Part shown: piece after piece, positions 51,340 to 62,650 of the stretch
Position numbering within the stretch: position 1 is the first letter of the stretch
Layout: each line of letters opens with the position of its first letter
Origin: Somniosus microcephalus
Taxonomy: Eukaryota
Direction of reading: 5' to 3'
Assembly (NCBI GenBank): GCA_052327205.1
Contig: CM126208.1
Span: 273,296,001 to 273,360,000 of the forward strand
Length of the DNA: 64,000 nt
The notes under the pieces: model-generated
The model's database searches: none
The model's input: only the letters and a program-made list of their open reading frames with translations
What the model was told of the DNA's origin: nothing
Program-made: the position numbers and the translations under genes

Positions 51340-52217
51340 TTTGTGTTCAAATCCCTCCATGGCGTTGCCCCTCCCTATCTCTAACCTCCTCCAGCCATAT
51401 AATTCTCTGAGATCTCTGCGCTCCTCCAATTCTGGCATCTTGCACATCCTTAATTTCCTTCACTCCACCATTGGCGGCCTTCGGTTGCCTCAGCCCTAAG
51501 CTCTGGAAATCCTTCCTAAACCTTGCCACCTCTCTCTCCTTTCTGTTGCTCCTGAAAACCGACCTCTTTGACCAAGCTTCTGATCACCTGTCCTAATATC
51601 TCTGTGGTGATATAGAATTAATTGGTGCCTGAGCGGACTAAGTGATATACAAAGTCGACGCGTACCCAACTTAACTCTCTGCTTTAAATAAAACGGACAC
51701 GGACACCAAGCAAAGGAGAACAGTATTTATTATACTACAGAGCTCTGGGAGAAGCGCTAACACCTTATGGATGTGATCGCCAAACTTCTCAATTTTGCAA
51801 TAGCAGCCATGCTCCTTTTATACCATTTAAAAACAGGAAAGATACCATATTACATTTGACCAATCGAGCACTTTAGCATTCTTTAACTTTGGCCAATCCG
51901 ATAGCTTAGCAACCCTTAATCACATTCTATCAAAGACAAGTTGTTCATATTATTATACCGTTAGCAAACAACTTAATTATATTACTGTTCTGTGCAAGTG
52001 ACATCACACGTTTGGTGTAAGCAGATCAAGTCAGCTGCCTGTTGTGCCAGTGTCTGCAAAATGTTAATGAATGTCCAGAATTTCAGCAGGCACCACGGTG
52101 CCATTTTAAAATTTCCTCCAACAGTGGCTCAGTGTCAAAATTTGTCTGATAACGCTCCTGTTTAGCGCCATGGGACGTTTTACTATGTTAAAGGCGCTAT
52201 ATAAATGCAAGTTGTTG
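51340..52217 (+). mobile_element. L2 LINE 3' end interrupted by a solo LTR
   Basis: ttcaaatccctccatggc...aagctctggaaatccttcc, with tail ggcgctatataaatgcaagttgttgt. Confidence 0.8.
51608..52123 (-). mobile_element. ERV1-like solo LTR (516 bp)
   Basis: TG...CA termini, 4-bp TSD gtgg (51604-51607 and 52124-52127). Minus-strand TATA (ggtataaaagg near 51815) lies upstream of AATAAA (near 51725), with CCAAT motifs at about 51860 and 51893. Confidence 0.8.
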
Positions 52218-52345
52218 TGCTAGTTAAACACTTGGAGGGGGCTGTCACTCTAGTTCAGGGCACGCATCCCGCTTAAAACAAAAAAAATCAAAAATTTACA
52301 TGCAAGGGTAAGATGTAAGAATAATAAATTAAAAAGAAAAACCGA

Positions 52346-53063
52346 TGCCTGGATTTTGCGGTCAGTGGCGAAGTGAAGGCACTTGCCGCTGACATCGAAG
52401 AATGCTGCCCACAAAGATCTAGCTATCTCTCTGGCATGAATTTCACCTTTCCCAACATTAATTTCATACTGGCGACATGTACAGGGGATCTCCAACGTCC
52501 AGGAACAGTGGTGTCATCAAGCAGACTAAGCAGCCAATCACACTGAAGAATTATCACAGAGACAGCAAGCCAGGAAGTCATGAGCACTGATTATCCTTCA
52601 CTTTTTAATCATTTTACGGAGAGCGAAATAAAAATTTGGATATAAACATGGGATTAAGATAGAAGCTGAAATATCAAACTTTAAATTTTTTTTTGTTCTT
52701 GTAGAAATCTTGGAACTTTTTCCATAATGGAGAAATTTGACATTCCACAAATATAAAATTAGTGTTTCAGGGCCAGAGTGGTTGTTCAGCAGTAAATATG
52801 ACTTCGAACGCTGTTAAAAAATCAGTTGCACTTCATTCAACAAGGCTTAACTTTAAGGGTCTTTACAGCGTGAATAGTGTGTAAAAAGTGCACGTTCACA
52901 TCAATTCAGTGATTTCAGTTACATCTGCGAGGACTGCAACAACTTCAGGATTTCCGCGTTTAAATGCGCATGTGCAGACTCCTGACTTTGCTGTCAGTTT
53001 TTACAAAGTAATGACTGTGAATGCTGACAGTTTTGCTGTCACTACAACTGCAAATTTCGGGCC
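52346..53063 (+). mobile_element. Non-autonomous DNA transposon (Harbinger-like TIRs)
   Basis: Imperfect TIRs gcctggattttgcgg / ctgcaaatttcgggcc. Paralog at 15057. Confidence 0.6.
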
Positions 53064-53104
53064 ATTGTTTTGAAGAAGGGTTGATACCCAAAGCATTAAC
53101 TTGT

Positions 53105-53411
53105 TTCTTCACCTGTCCCATTACCGTCTCCTCTTGCCTTGAATATCTCTTAATGTCTCTTTCCTTCTCCTGCCTTCCATCCTATCACAGACCTTCCCTC
53201 TTGTTCTTTCACCCCCTCCCCCATTTCCCAGCCCCTAAACTTGCTTTAAAATCTGTTCCTTTTCCTGCTTTTTTCCAGTTCTGACGAAGGGTTTCGACCT
53301 GAAACGTTAACTCGTTTCTCTCTCCACGGATGTTGCCTGGCCTGCTGAGTATTTCCAGCGTTTTCTGTTGTTGTTTCGGATTTCCAGCATCCGCAGTATT
53401 TTGCTATTGTT
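53105..53411 (+). mobile_element. Penelope pLTR insertion inside an older Penelope pLTR (53070-53520)
   Basis: 15-bp TSD aaagcattaacttgt at 53090-53104 and 53412-53426. Confidence 0.82.
53277..53312 (+). ncRNA. Minimal type I hammerhead ribozyme motif with an intact core
   Basis: agtt-CTGACGA-a-GGGT-ttcg-ACCT-GAAA-c-GTT-aact: stem I agtt/aact, stem II with UUCG loop, palindromic stem III, GUU triplet. Confidence 0.78.
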
Positions 53412-53748
53412 AAAGCATTAACTTGTCTGTTCTCTTCACAGACGTTGACTGACTTGCTGTCTGTTACCAACATTTTCAGTTTTTGTCTGGCGTTCCCAGT
53501 ATCTGTGGTATCTTGCTTTTTATATCGGTTTGAAAGAATTGGAAATCGATCAAGTGCAGTAGACGAGTAGATTATGATTGAATTTTTGCTGTAAGTTTGT
53601 GCCACCCTATCCGAGCAGTCTTCTCCAGTCTTCAGTCCCAGCCCACATCCTCCACTCTTCTGACTCTTCGTCTCACTTTTCAGTCGTTACGCCTCTGCTC
53701 TTGGAAACTCTGCCAAACCACTTTAATTCCTCATTTTATGACTTCAGC

Positions 53749-56700
53749 GCCGACCTGTATGGCTGCTGTTTTACAAGCTCCTCCCCAACTGGTATTTTAA
53801 TGTATTTAATATTGTATTTTAATATATCGTACTGTTAGTTTTTAGTATTCTACTGTTTAGTATTTAGCACTCTAGTTTTAGTATTAGTAGTTTAGTTGTT
53901 TTTTAAAAAATATTCTACTGTTTAACCGACCTGTGTGGCTGCTGTTTTATGAGCTCCCCAACTGGTATTTCAATGTTGTATTTAATGTATTTAATGTTGT
54001 ATTTTAATATATCGTAGTTAGTTTTTTAGTATTCTACTGTTTAGTACAGAGGGCGGTGGAGGCCAGTTCATTAAATATATTCAAGAAAGAGTTGGATATA
54101 TTTCTTAAGGCTGAAGGGATCGCGGGATATGCGGAGAAAGCAGGGACAGGGTACTGAATTTGGATGATCAGCCATGATCACATCGAATGGCGGAGCAGGC
54201 TCGAAGGGCCGAATGGCCTACTCCTGCTCCTATCTTCTATGTTTCTATGTTATTTAGCATTCTAGTTTTAGTATTAGTAGTTTAGTTGTTTTTTAAAAAA
54301 ATATTCTACTGTTTAACCGACCTCTGTGGCTCATGAGGGTAGCTGCTGTTTTACGAGCTCGTCCACAACTTTCCACTTTATTTATTATTTTATTGTTATT
54401 ATTAAACAATTTTGTAAGTACTGTTTCTTCACTTATCCGCTACGACCGTCAATCACTTCTGGACATAAGATCGTCCAGAGATATAGGACCTACCCCCAAT
54501 TTTTCGAACTGGGATTCTGCTGCTACGACCATCTACCCTCCCACCTGCTTACCTGACTTCATTCCTGTGATCAGGAAGCGAACGACGGCGCAAGCGGGGC
54601 AGACGCGCAGGTACATTAGTGAAGCTGAGACGACGTGAACACCACCCCCCCCCCCCTTCCGAGTATTCTCCTGGCGAATGTGCAGTCACTGGACAATAAG
54701 CTGGACGAACTCAGGGGGAGGCTCACCTTCCAGCGAGACATTAAGAACTGCAATGTCTTGATTTTTACTGAGACTTGGCTTGATCCATCGACACCAGCTT
54801 CGGCCATTCAACCAGAGGGATTCAACATTCACCGGCTATACCGAACAAAGGACTCGGGGAAGAATAGAGGGGGTGGAGTATGTTTCATGATCAACAATTC
54901 TTGGTGTTCCGACGTGGAACTACTTACATCTTCTTGTTCACCTGATCTTGAACACCTGATGATCAAATGCCGACCCTTCTACCTCCCGAGAGAGTTCTCA
55001 TCCGTGATCTTTACAGCGGTGTATATTCCACCACAGGCCAACGCAAATAGGGCACTAAACGAGCTGTATGGGACCATTAGCAGGCTTGAAACTTCCCATC
55101 CAGAGGCTGCATTCATCGTGGCTGGCGATTTCAACAAAGCCAATCTGAAGAAAGTACTGCCTAAATACCATCAGCATATCACCTGCCCAACGCGAGCCAA
55201 GAACACACGAGATCACGTTTACACTCCATTCCGGGATGGATACAAGGCCCTCCCCCGCCCTCCCTTCGGCAAATCAGATCACGACTCCATCCTGCTGCTA
55301 CCCACCTATAGGCAGAAACTGAAACAGGAAAAGCCTGTGATGAGATCTCTACAACGCTGGTCGGATCAATCAGACGCTGTTACAAGACTGTTTTGATTCC
55401 ACTGACTGGGATATGTTCCGGAATGCCTCGAACAATGACATCAACACATATACAGATTCAGTCATTAGTTTCATAAACAAGTGCATAGACGATGTTGTTC
55501 CGAGGATTGTTGTACGAACATTTCCCAACCAGAAACCATGGGTAAATGGCGATATCCGTGCTATGCTAAAAGCACGGTCCATCGCATTCAACTCTGGGGA
55601 CATGGATGAGTACAAGAAATCAAGGTACGACCTCAGAAAAACCATCAAAAATGCAAAAAGACAATACACGGACAAAGTGGAGTCACACTATCATAGCTCA
55701 GATTCGCGAAGGATGTGGAGTGGACTACAATCTATTACAGATTACAAAGGGAAACCCAACTGTGTCATGCCCAGCAATGCGCCTCTCCCGGATGAGCTTA
55801 ACACTTTTTACGCACGGTTTGAGGCCAACAACAACTGGCCTGTTACAAGGGCGCCCGCGGCTCAGGACGACCGGGTCTTCTCAATCTCTGTGGCTGACGT
55901 GAGCAAGACTTTTAAGAGAGTGAACACCCACAAAGCACCCGGTCCAGATGGAATCCCTGGGCGTGTCCTTAGAGCATCCGCTGACCAGCTGGCAGCCGTG
56001 TTTACGGATATATTCAACCATTCACTGTACCAGTCTGTAGTCCCCACCCGCTTCAAGATGACATCAGTTATTCCAGTCCCCAAAAAAACAAAAGTAACCT
56101 GTTTAAACGACTACCGCCCCATAGCACTCACTTCTGTCATCATGAAGTGCTTTGAGAGGCTGGTCAAAACCCACATCAACTTGTTACTACCTGACACACT
56201 GGACCCACTCCAATTTGCCTATCGCCCAAACAGATCTAGGGATGATGCCATCGCCACTGTACTGCACACTGTCTTATCACACCTGGATAAGAGGAACACC
56301 TATGTGAGAATGTTGTTCATTGATCATAGTTCAGCATTCAATACCATTATCCCCTCCAAGCTTGTCAACAAGCTCAGTGAGCTAGGACTTAACACCTCCC
56401 TATGCAACTGGATCCTGGACTTACTGATGGGAAGACCCCAGGTGGTGAAAATAGGCAGAAACACCTCCTCCACACTGATCCTGAACACGGGAACTCCCCA
56501 GGGTTGTGTGCTCGGCCCCCTTCTGTACTCCCTGTTTATTCACGATTGTGTGGCCACGCACAACTTCAACTCCATCATCAAGTTTGCTGATGACACTACC
56601 GTTGTAGGCCTGATCACAGATGGCGACGAGACAGGCTACAGGGAGGAGGTAAGAGCCCTAGGAGAATGGTGCAAGTACAACAACCTCTCCCTCAACATCA

Positions 56701-57447
56701 GCAAAACAAAGGAGATGATCGTGGACTACAGGAAACGGCAGGGGGAGGGACACACCCCAATCTACATCGAAGGGGCTGAGGTGGAGAGGGTCAGCAGCTT
56801 CAATTCCTGGGTGTATTCATTATGGAGGACTTAACGTGGTCTCATCACATCGACGTTGTAACCAAGAAGGCATGCCAATGCCTGTTCTTCCTCAGGAGAC
56901 TGAAGAAATTTGGAATGGCCCCCCAGATTCTCACCAACTTCTACCGGTGCACCATCGAGAGTATCCTGTCCGGCTGCATCACTACCTGGTATGGCAACTG
57001 CACCGCCACAGACCGCAAGGCTCTACAGATGGTAGTGAAAGCTGCACAACACACTATAGGAATTAAACTACCTGCTGTGCAGGATATCTACCCCGAGGGG
57101 TGCCGGGGGAAGGCCCTGAGAATCATTAAAGACGCGAGTCACCCCAGACACAACCTCTTCACCCTGCTCCCGTATGGTAAGAGATACCGAAGCATAGGGT
57201 CTCGTACCAACAAGGTTTCGAAACAGCTTCTACCCCCAGGCCATAAGACTCATGAACGATTAATTTATTATTATTTATTACTGTTTTATTTATTATTACT
57301 GTCTTTCTATTAGTGTTTCTATTAGTATTTTTATCATTGTTATGCCATATTTATTCCAATGTTGGGAGGACTCGTAAAAATCAACATTTCATTGTGCAGT
57401 ACACACGTCTGCTGCATATATGACAAATAAAATTGAATTGAATTGAA
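53749..57447 (+). mobile_element. Near full-length Rex1/Babar LINE (APE endonuclease + RT, frameshifted)
   Basis: IRYDRQSLLDIR leader, PLPSILLANVQSLDNKLDEL, FTETWL, GDFN, SDH, KAPGPDGIPGRVL, NDYRPIALTS, GTPQGCVLGP, KFADD, NFYRCTIESIL, and an (aattg)n tail. The 5' boundary is inferred. Confidence 0.93.
54046..54250 (+). mobile_element. Short CR1 3' end inserted in the repeats upstream of the Rex1 ORF
   Basis: Close to the reverse complement of 23820-24015. It interrupts the gtttag|ta|tttagc motif that is intact in the preceding repeat unit. Confidence 0.88.
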
Positions 57448-57554
57448 AAAAAAATTGTGTCATCAAAGGCCTGCTGGAAATCTATATCTATGGCCATGCC
57501 TTTGGTGTCTCCATTTAATTTCTTTCTTTCATGAAGTGCTCTGGGATGTTCCTG

Positions 57555-58477
57555 GGTGAAAGGGGTGGGGTTGTGGGTGTGGTGGTTGTGGGGCGGTGGC
57601 GGTTGTTTGGGGCGGGTGGGGTGTTTGTGTGGGGTGGTTGTGGGGCGGGGGCGGTTGTGGGGGTGTGTGTATGGGGCGGGGGTGTGTGTATGGGGCGGGG
57701 GGGTGGTTGGTTTGGGGGATGGGGTGGTTGTGGGGCAGGGGTGGTTGTGTGGTAGGGCTGGGGGGAGTTGTGGGGCGGGGGTGTGGTTGGTTTGGGGGGG
57801 TGGGGCGGATGTGTGTGGGGCGAGGGTGGTTGTGGGATGGGGTTGATGGGGTGGGGTGATTGTGGGGTGGGGCGGGGGGGTGGTTGGTTTGTGGGGTGGG
57901 GCGGGGGGGTGGTTGGTTTGTGGGGTGGGGCGGGGGGGTGGTTGGTTTGTGGGGTGGGGCGGGGGGGTGGTTGTGGGATGGGGTTGATGGGGCCGGGGGT
58001 GGGGTGATTGTTGGGTAGGGCGGGGGGGTGGTTGGTTTGTGGGGTGGGGCGGGGGGGTGGTTGTGGGATGGGGTTGCGGGGCGGTGGTGGGGTGATTGTG
58101 GGGTGGGGCGGGGGGGTGGTTGGTTTGTGGGGTGGGGCGGGGGGGTGGTTGGTTTGTGGGGTGGGGCGGGGGGGTGGTTGTGGGATGGGGTTGATGGGGC
58201 CGGGGGTGGTTGGTTTGTGGGGTGGGGCGGGGGGGTGGTTGGTTTGTGGGGTGGGGCGGGGGGGTGGTTGTGGGATGGGGTTGATGGGGTGGGGTGATTG
58301 TGGGGTGGGGCGGGGGGGTGGTTGGTTTGTGGGGTGGGGCGGGGGGGTGGTTGTGGGATGGGGTTGATGGGGCCGGGGGTGGGGTGATTGTGGGGTGGGG
58401 CGGGGGGGGGGTTGGTTTGTGGGGTGGGGCGGGGGGGTGGTTGTGGGATGGGGTTGCGGGGCGGTGGTGGGTGGGTG
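57555..58477. repeat. G/T-rich complex minisatellite (~29-bp core), G-quadruplex-prone
   Basis: Units ggggtggggcgggggggtggttggtttgt interspersed with ggttgtgggatggggttgat variants. Confidence 0.95.
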
Positions 58478-60606
58478 CTCATGCAACTGTCAAATTCTTA
58501 AGAGGCTTGAACCAGCCTTGGGGATTCATGGCCAGTCACTATTCCTCTGTTGATCTCTGATTTATTATTTGTTTCCCATCCAAGTAGTTTTCGCTTCAAA
58601 TGTAGAAGTTATATCACCTTACTCATCATTTTCTCTTGCAAATGTTGGGAACCAGTAAATCTCCAGCTATCCAGAGATGCATTGCCTAAAGCAGCTTTAT
58701 GTAATGATGTAATTGACTACTTTCTGAAGGCCCCACTTCAGGTAAAGCTGTGCAGCACGGGTGAATTTAATTCAAGTTGACCCTCTCGCTTTTATTTCGC
58801 TTTCTCCCACCTCCATGTGAGAAAATAGTGATGACCATCTGATTGCTCTTGGGAAGGCAGTTTTTTTGTGTGCTTCGTCTGTGACTTTTGAAGTTGTCAC
58901 AAGTTTTAAATGCATGTGTTGGATAATGCAGTCGCTAACCATTTTTTTGTTTTCTTGTGGCATTTACATAAAAGCCACTAAAGTCAAATTTTTGTTTGTA
59001 CAAACAATGGTATTTTAATGGGGAATGTTTTGTGTGCAATATTGTATACGTAATTGTCTTGGGAAATGTTGCTTTTCTTTGTACTTGTGAAAGAGAATGT
59101 TGATCAACAGGAAAGCATTTTGAAGATTCAAAATGTGGATGGACAGAACGCATTGGCTGAGTCACAGTTGAAGTACATTGTTGTTCTCACCAGCTGTGTC
59201 ACAGAGCTGGAAGGTGTGGGGATTTTAGGCCTGTAATTTTCTTGCATTGGCCTTGTCCTGAGCCAGGTCATTGAAAGTCGCAGAGGTTTCCCGCAGGGCG
59301 TGAAGCCTCCCAAGGTCATTCACGGAGCTCTCCTGGAGACCAGTTCCAGAGCCGACATGGCGTTGTGTTTTGTAGCTGGAAAACAATCCCTGGAAAATGG
59401 AATTCCTTTTACTATATTTTGTTTCTACATTTTACAAATGTCTCCAGTTTTTTTTATTACTTTCTATATTTACATATTTAACTCCAAAGTAATTTATTGT
59501 TGGGCACAATGAATTTTTTTCTCTCAACATTTTTCTGTCGTTTTTCTTGTGGTGTCTTTCTTTCTCTTCCTCTCCCCTCTACTATTCTGCCAAAGGTGTT
59601 GGTTCCTTGCTGGAGTATAATTCCATAGGTCCGGAGTGCCCTTTTGTACATCAGCTAAATGGCTGTTCTTTGTGTGAGGCTGAATGATGAGTATCGGTAG
59701 GCTAATGAACCGCCTATGGCACTTCAGCTGAACCCGATCCCCCCCACACGTGCGTCCAGCAGGGGTCATTGGCTGACAATCAAAAGCGAGACTCCTGTGT
59801 GGTTCCTTCTCTTCCTTCCTAACCCGTGGGTACTGAGGCCAATTTTAGCACCCCATGTGCCCACCCCATGTTGTACACACATCCGACCTTTTTGCTACAG
59901 CTTTCTTTAAAGATGTAGAAAGAAAGAGGGTTACTGTAATTTACCCACTATCGCTATTTGTACCAGATCCGTTCTTGAGACCGCATTATTCATTGCAGGT
60001 TTGAAATCTTGATGCAATGATGCACTTTTTTGGTTAGGTTTTGCAGGTACTCCCTTTGCAAGGAAACAAGAAACCTTTGCAAGTTTTCCTACACTTGTAC
60101 CTTGCCAAGAGCAGACATAAGTTAGCAGTGTAGACAGGTAAATTTGCAGAGATGGATTTTTAAAATTATGTTGTAAGTTTAAGAGGAAATTTATTTCTAG
60201 CAGTGTATGGATACCCAGCTACCATTTAGCTTCTTGGAATTGTGTTCAGTTTGCTCATTTCTAAATATGAGAATGTCATTAACCTTTGGAAGGTACACAA
60301 ATCTTTGGATGCAGATTTTATCCCTCCATGTGCATCCCCTATCGTACCTATTGTACAGAGACATTATAATGCAGCGTCCCTAAATGCAAATGCTACCTCT
60401 GCACAAACAAACTTATATAATGTCTGTGTGTCGTGGTACCTTGCCATTCAAGTATTCCTCTCGGACCATCTTAAATGCCATAGGCTTTGATGGAGAGAAA
60501 GACTAGCCTTGTTCCTAATATTAGGGAAATCTGATCTCTTAATATAACCCATAAATACATTTTCACGTTGTTAAGCCAGCTTTACCAAGATTTAATCTTC
60601 CCTATG

Positions 60607-60965
60607 CAGGAAACTCTCGATTTACCGGCACCTAAATAACCGGAAATCTGTTAACCGGCAAAATTCAGGAGTAGGACAACAAACACTGTTGCTTAGCAAC
60701 AGCTTCGGCTGCAGCTGCAAGCGTCTCTAGCTGAAGCTGTTGCTATAGCTACAGACCTTGCAGTGCCTGACTGGGGGAAAAAAAAGCAACGAGAACTAAA
60801 AAAACTTATAGAAAACGGCTCCTGATTTTTGCCGTTAGATCGAGTATGTAACCTCCAGATAAACCAAAGTTTCCTGTACTGGGCTCTCATACCTCTCTAT
60901 AATCCGGACTTTTTGATAAACCGGCACCATACCGGTCCCGTCGGTGCCGGATAAAGAGTTTCCTG
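60607..60965 (+). mobile_element. Chimeric MITE (family A shell containing the end of variant B)
   Basis: Outer TIRs as at 41224, plus an additional internal aaagtttcctg-TA at 60867-60878. Confidence 0.82.
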
Positions 60966-61702
60966 TATTTAAGCATCATTTAATTGTTTTTAATTTTAAT
61001 TTGGAGAAGCGATAAAGCAAGATTTGTTTTTTTTTTAAAAAAAGCAGTCATGTCAACATTTCTGAACCAGTGAAGCATTTTCTGGATTTTCTCTCTTTTT
61101 CTCTCTCCTCACTTCTGAAGGCCGTAACCCTCCTAAGATGGTGCTCAAGTGGCCGTTATTCATTTGTCAACCTGACCGATGAGTGCTGGGAGGCTGCTTG
61201 ACCCTGGGTGGGGAGAGTATTACTGAGAGTCGAATCTTGGCCTCGCTCCACAGACTTTCTAACGGGGATCTTTGGGCAGCAAATAGGATGGGAATCCTTG
61301 GCTTCCTCCTGGGACACAGGTTCTGCCTACCACTGCCTTGTAAGGGAGAGACAAACTCCACATCGTCCAGGAATGAATGCTCGAACTTCACTCTGGAGCG
61401 TTCCTGGTCTGTACAACCCAGTAGCGCACCATGCAGTGCACTTATCGACTGAGTTGGTGAGGGAGCAGCTGCTTATAGTTTGTCAATTTGAAGCTGTCAA
61501 GTTGAAGAGCTTGACTTGGAAGTAAAAAGCTAGGTAAAAGAAGTTTGTCCAGAATTCTGAAGTATTTTGAATTACTGTATGTGGGTCCAAGCTTCATTCT
61601 GGTGATCTGAAATGAGTAAATAAAAGAAAGAAAGACTTGCATTTCTCCAGCGCCTTTCACAACCACCGGACGTCTCAAAGGCGCTTTACAGCCAATGAAG
61701 TA

Positions 61703-61925
61703 CAGGAAACTCTCGTTTAAACGGCACCTAAATATCCGGAATTCTCTATTAACCGGCAAAATTCATACTCCGAAAACAACCCCTCAATAACCGGCAATGT
61801 TGCCGAGTCCGAGTCTCCCGCGGTGGCCGAGTTAGTCAGTGGGGGTAGTTCTCCAAACTGCCACTACTCGACTTCTTGGCGCTGTTGGAAGTCGGAACAC
61901 CTCAATAACAGGAGTCTGACTCTCC
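61703..61925 (+). mobile_element. MITE family A copy (right end missing) within a DeuSINE/L2-type tail
   Basis: TA-caggaaactctcg, with an internal sequence matching 3566-3775. Host repeat at 61625-61702 resumes near 62065. Confidence 0.75.
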
Positions 61926-62419
61926 CGCACTGCCGGTAGTCTCTTCTGATCCGCCATTTTACAGGGGTACTGTGTGTCTCCCACGCTGCTGGTAGTCATT
62001 GCATTGCATTACCCTCAACTGGCAGTACTGTACTTAATCAAGCATCTTCCATTTAACACAACATTCTGTTGTAATGTGGGAAAAGGTACCATTCTCACTA
62101 TTTGGAAGTGCATCATGTGGTGTGATACTGAGCCTACCAGGTTTGATCCCTGCACTAGCAGGCTCTGTATTCCAAGCAGAATGGGGGTATTGAATGACTA
62201 ACCCTATGTCAATGCATCTGTTCCATACAGGCTTTGTGACAATGAAGAGGCTTGTAAACTAAGATTTTACAAATGGGCAACAATTTTTCTCTCTAAAGTA
62301 CCCCTCCCCTTTCCCAAGGAAAGCATATTTGCAAAAACAAATTCTCTTGTAAAGCAGTCTTGGTATTCAGCACCATCAAAGATATCAGTTTCTGCGTTCA
62401 GATAACCGACGGTACCAAT

Positions 62420-62650
62420 AACTTGCATTTTTAAAGCACCTTTAATGTAGAAAAAAAATATCCGAAGGTGTTGAGCCAAAGAAGGAGATATTGGAAGGAA
62501 TGACCAAAAGTTTGGTTGGTAAGGTGGGTTTTAGAAGGCCTTAAAGAGGAGAGGGTGTTGGATTGGCAGAGGGATTTCGAGAGCGAATTCCAGAGCATGG
62601 GCTTCAGGTGGCTGAAGGCACGGCTGTCATTGGTGGATGAAGCAGGTGGG
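62420..62650 (-). mobile_element. L2 LINE 3' end
   Basis: aacttgcattt...gaattccagagcatgggc...ggctgaaggcacgg, reverse-complement similarity to 51460-52217. Confidence 0.7.

Noticed and set aside
53070-53104. Third functional hammerhead
   Set aside because: The core is decayed (C3 lost, GAAA altered) and interrupted by an insertion.
57515-58486. Long Pro/Thr/His-rich and Gly/Trp-rich ORFs (extensin-like)
   Set aside because: Artefact of a stop-poor G/T minisatellite that is open in several frames on both strands.
59054-59236. Possible additional LRRFIP2 exon
   Set aside because: No resemblance to LRRFIP2 peptide that I can recognise, and no convincing splice-site pair.
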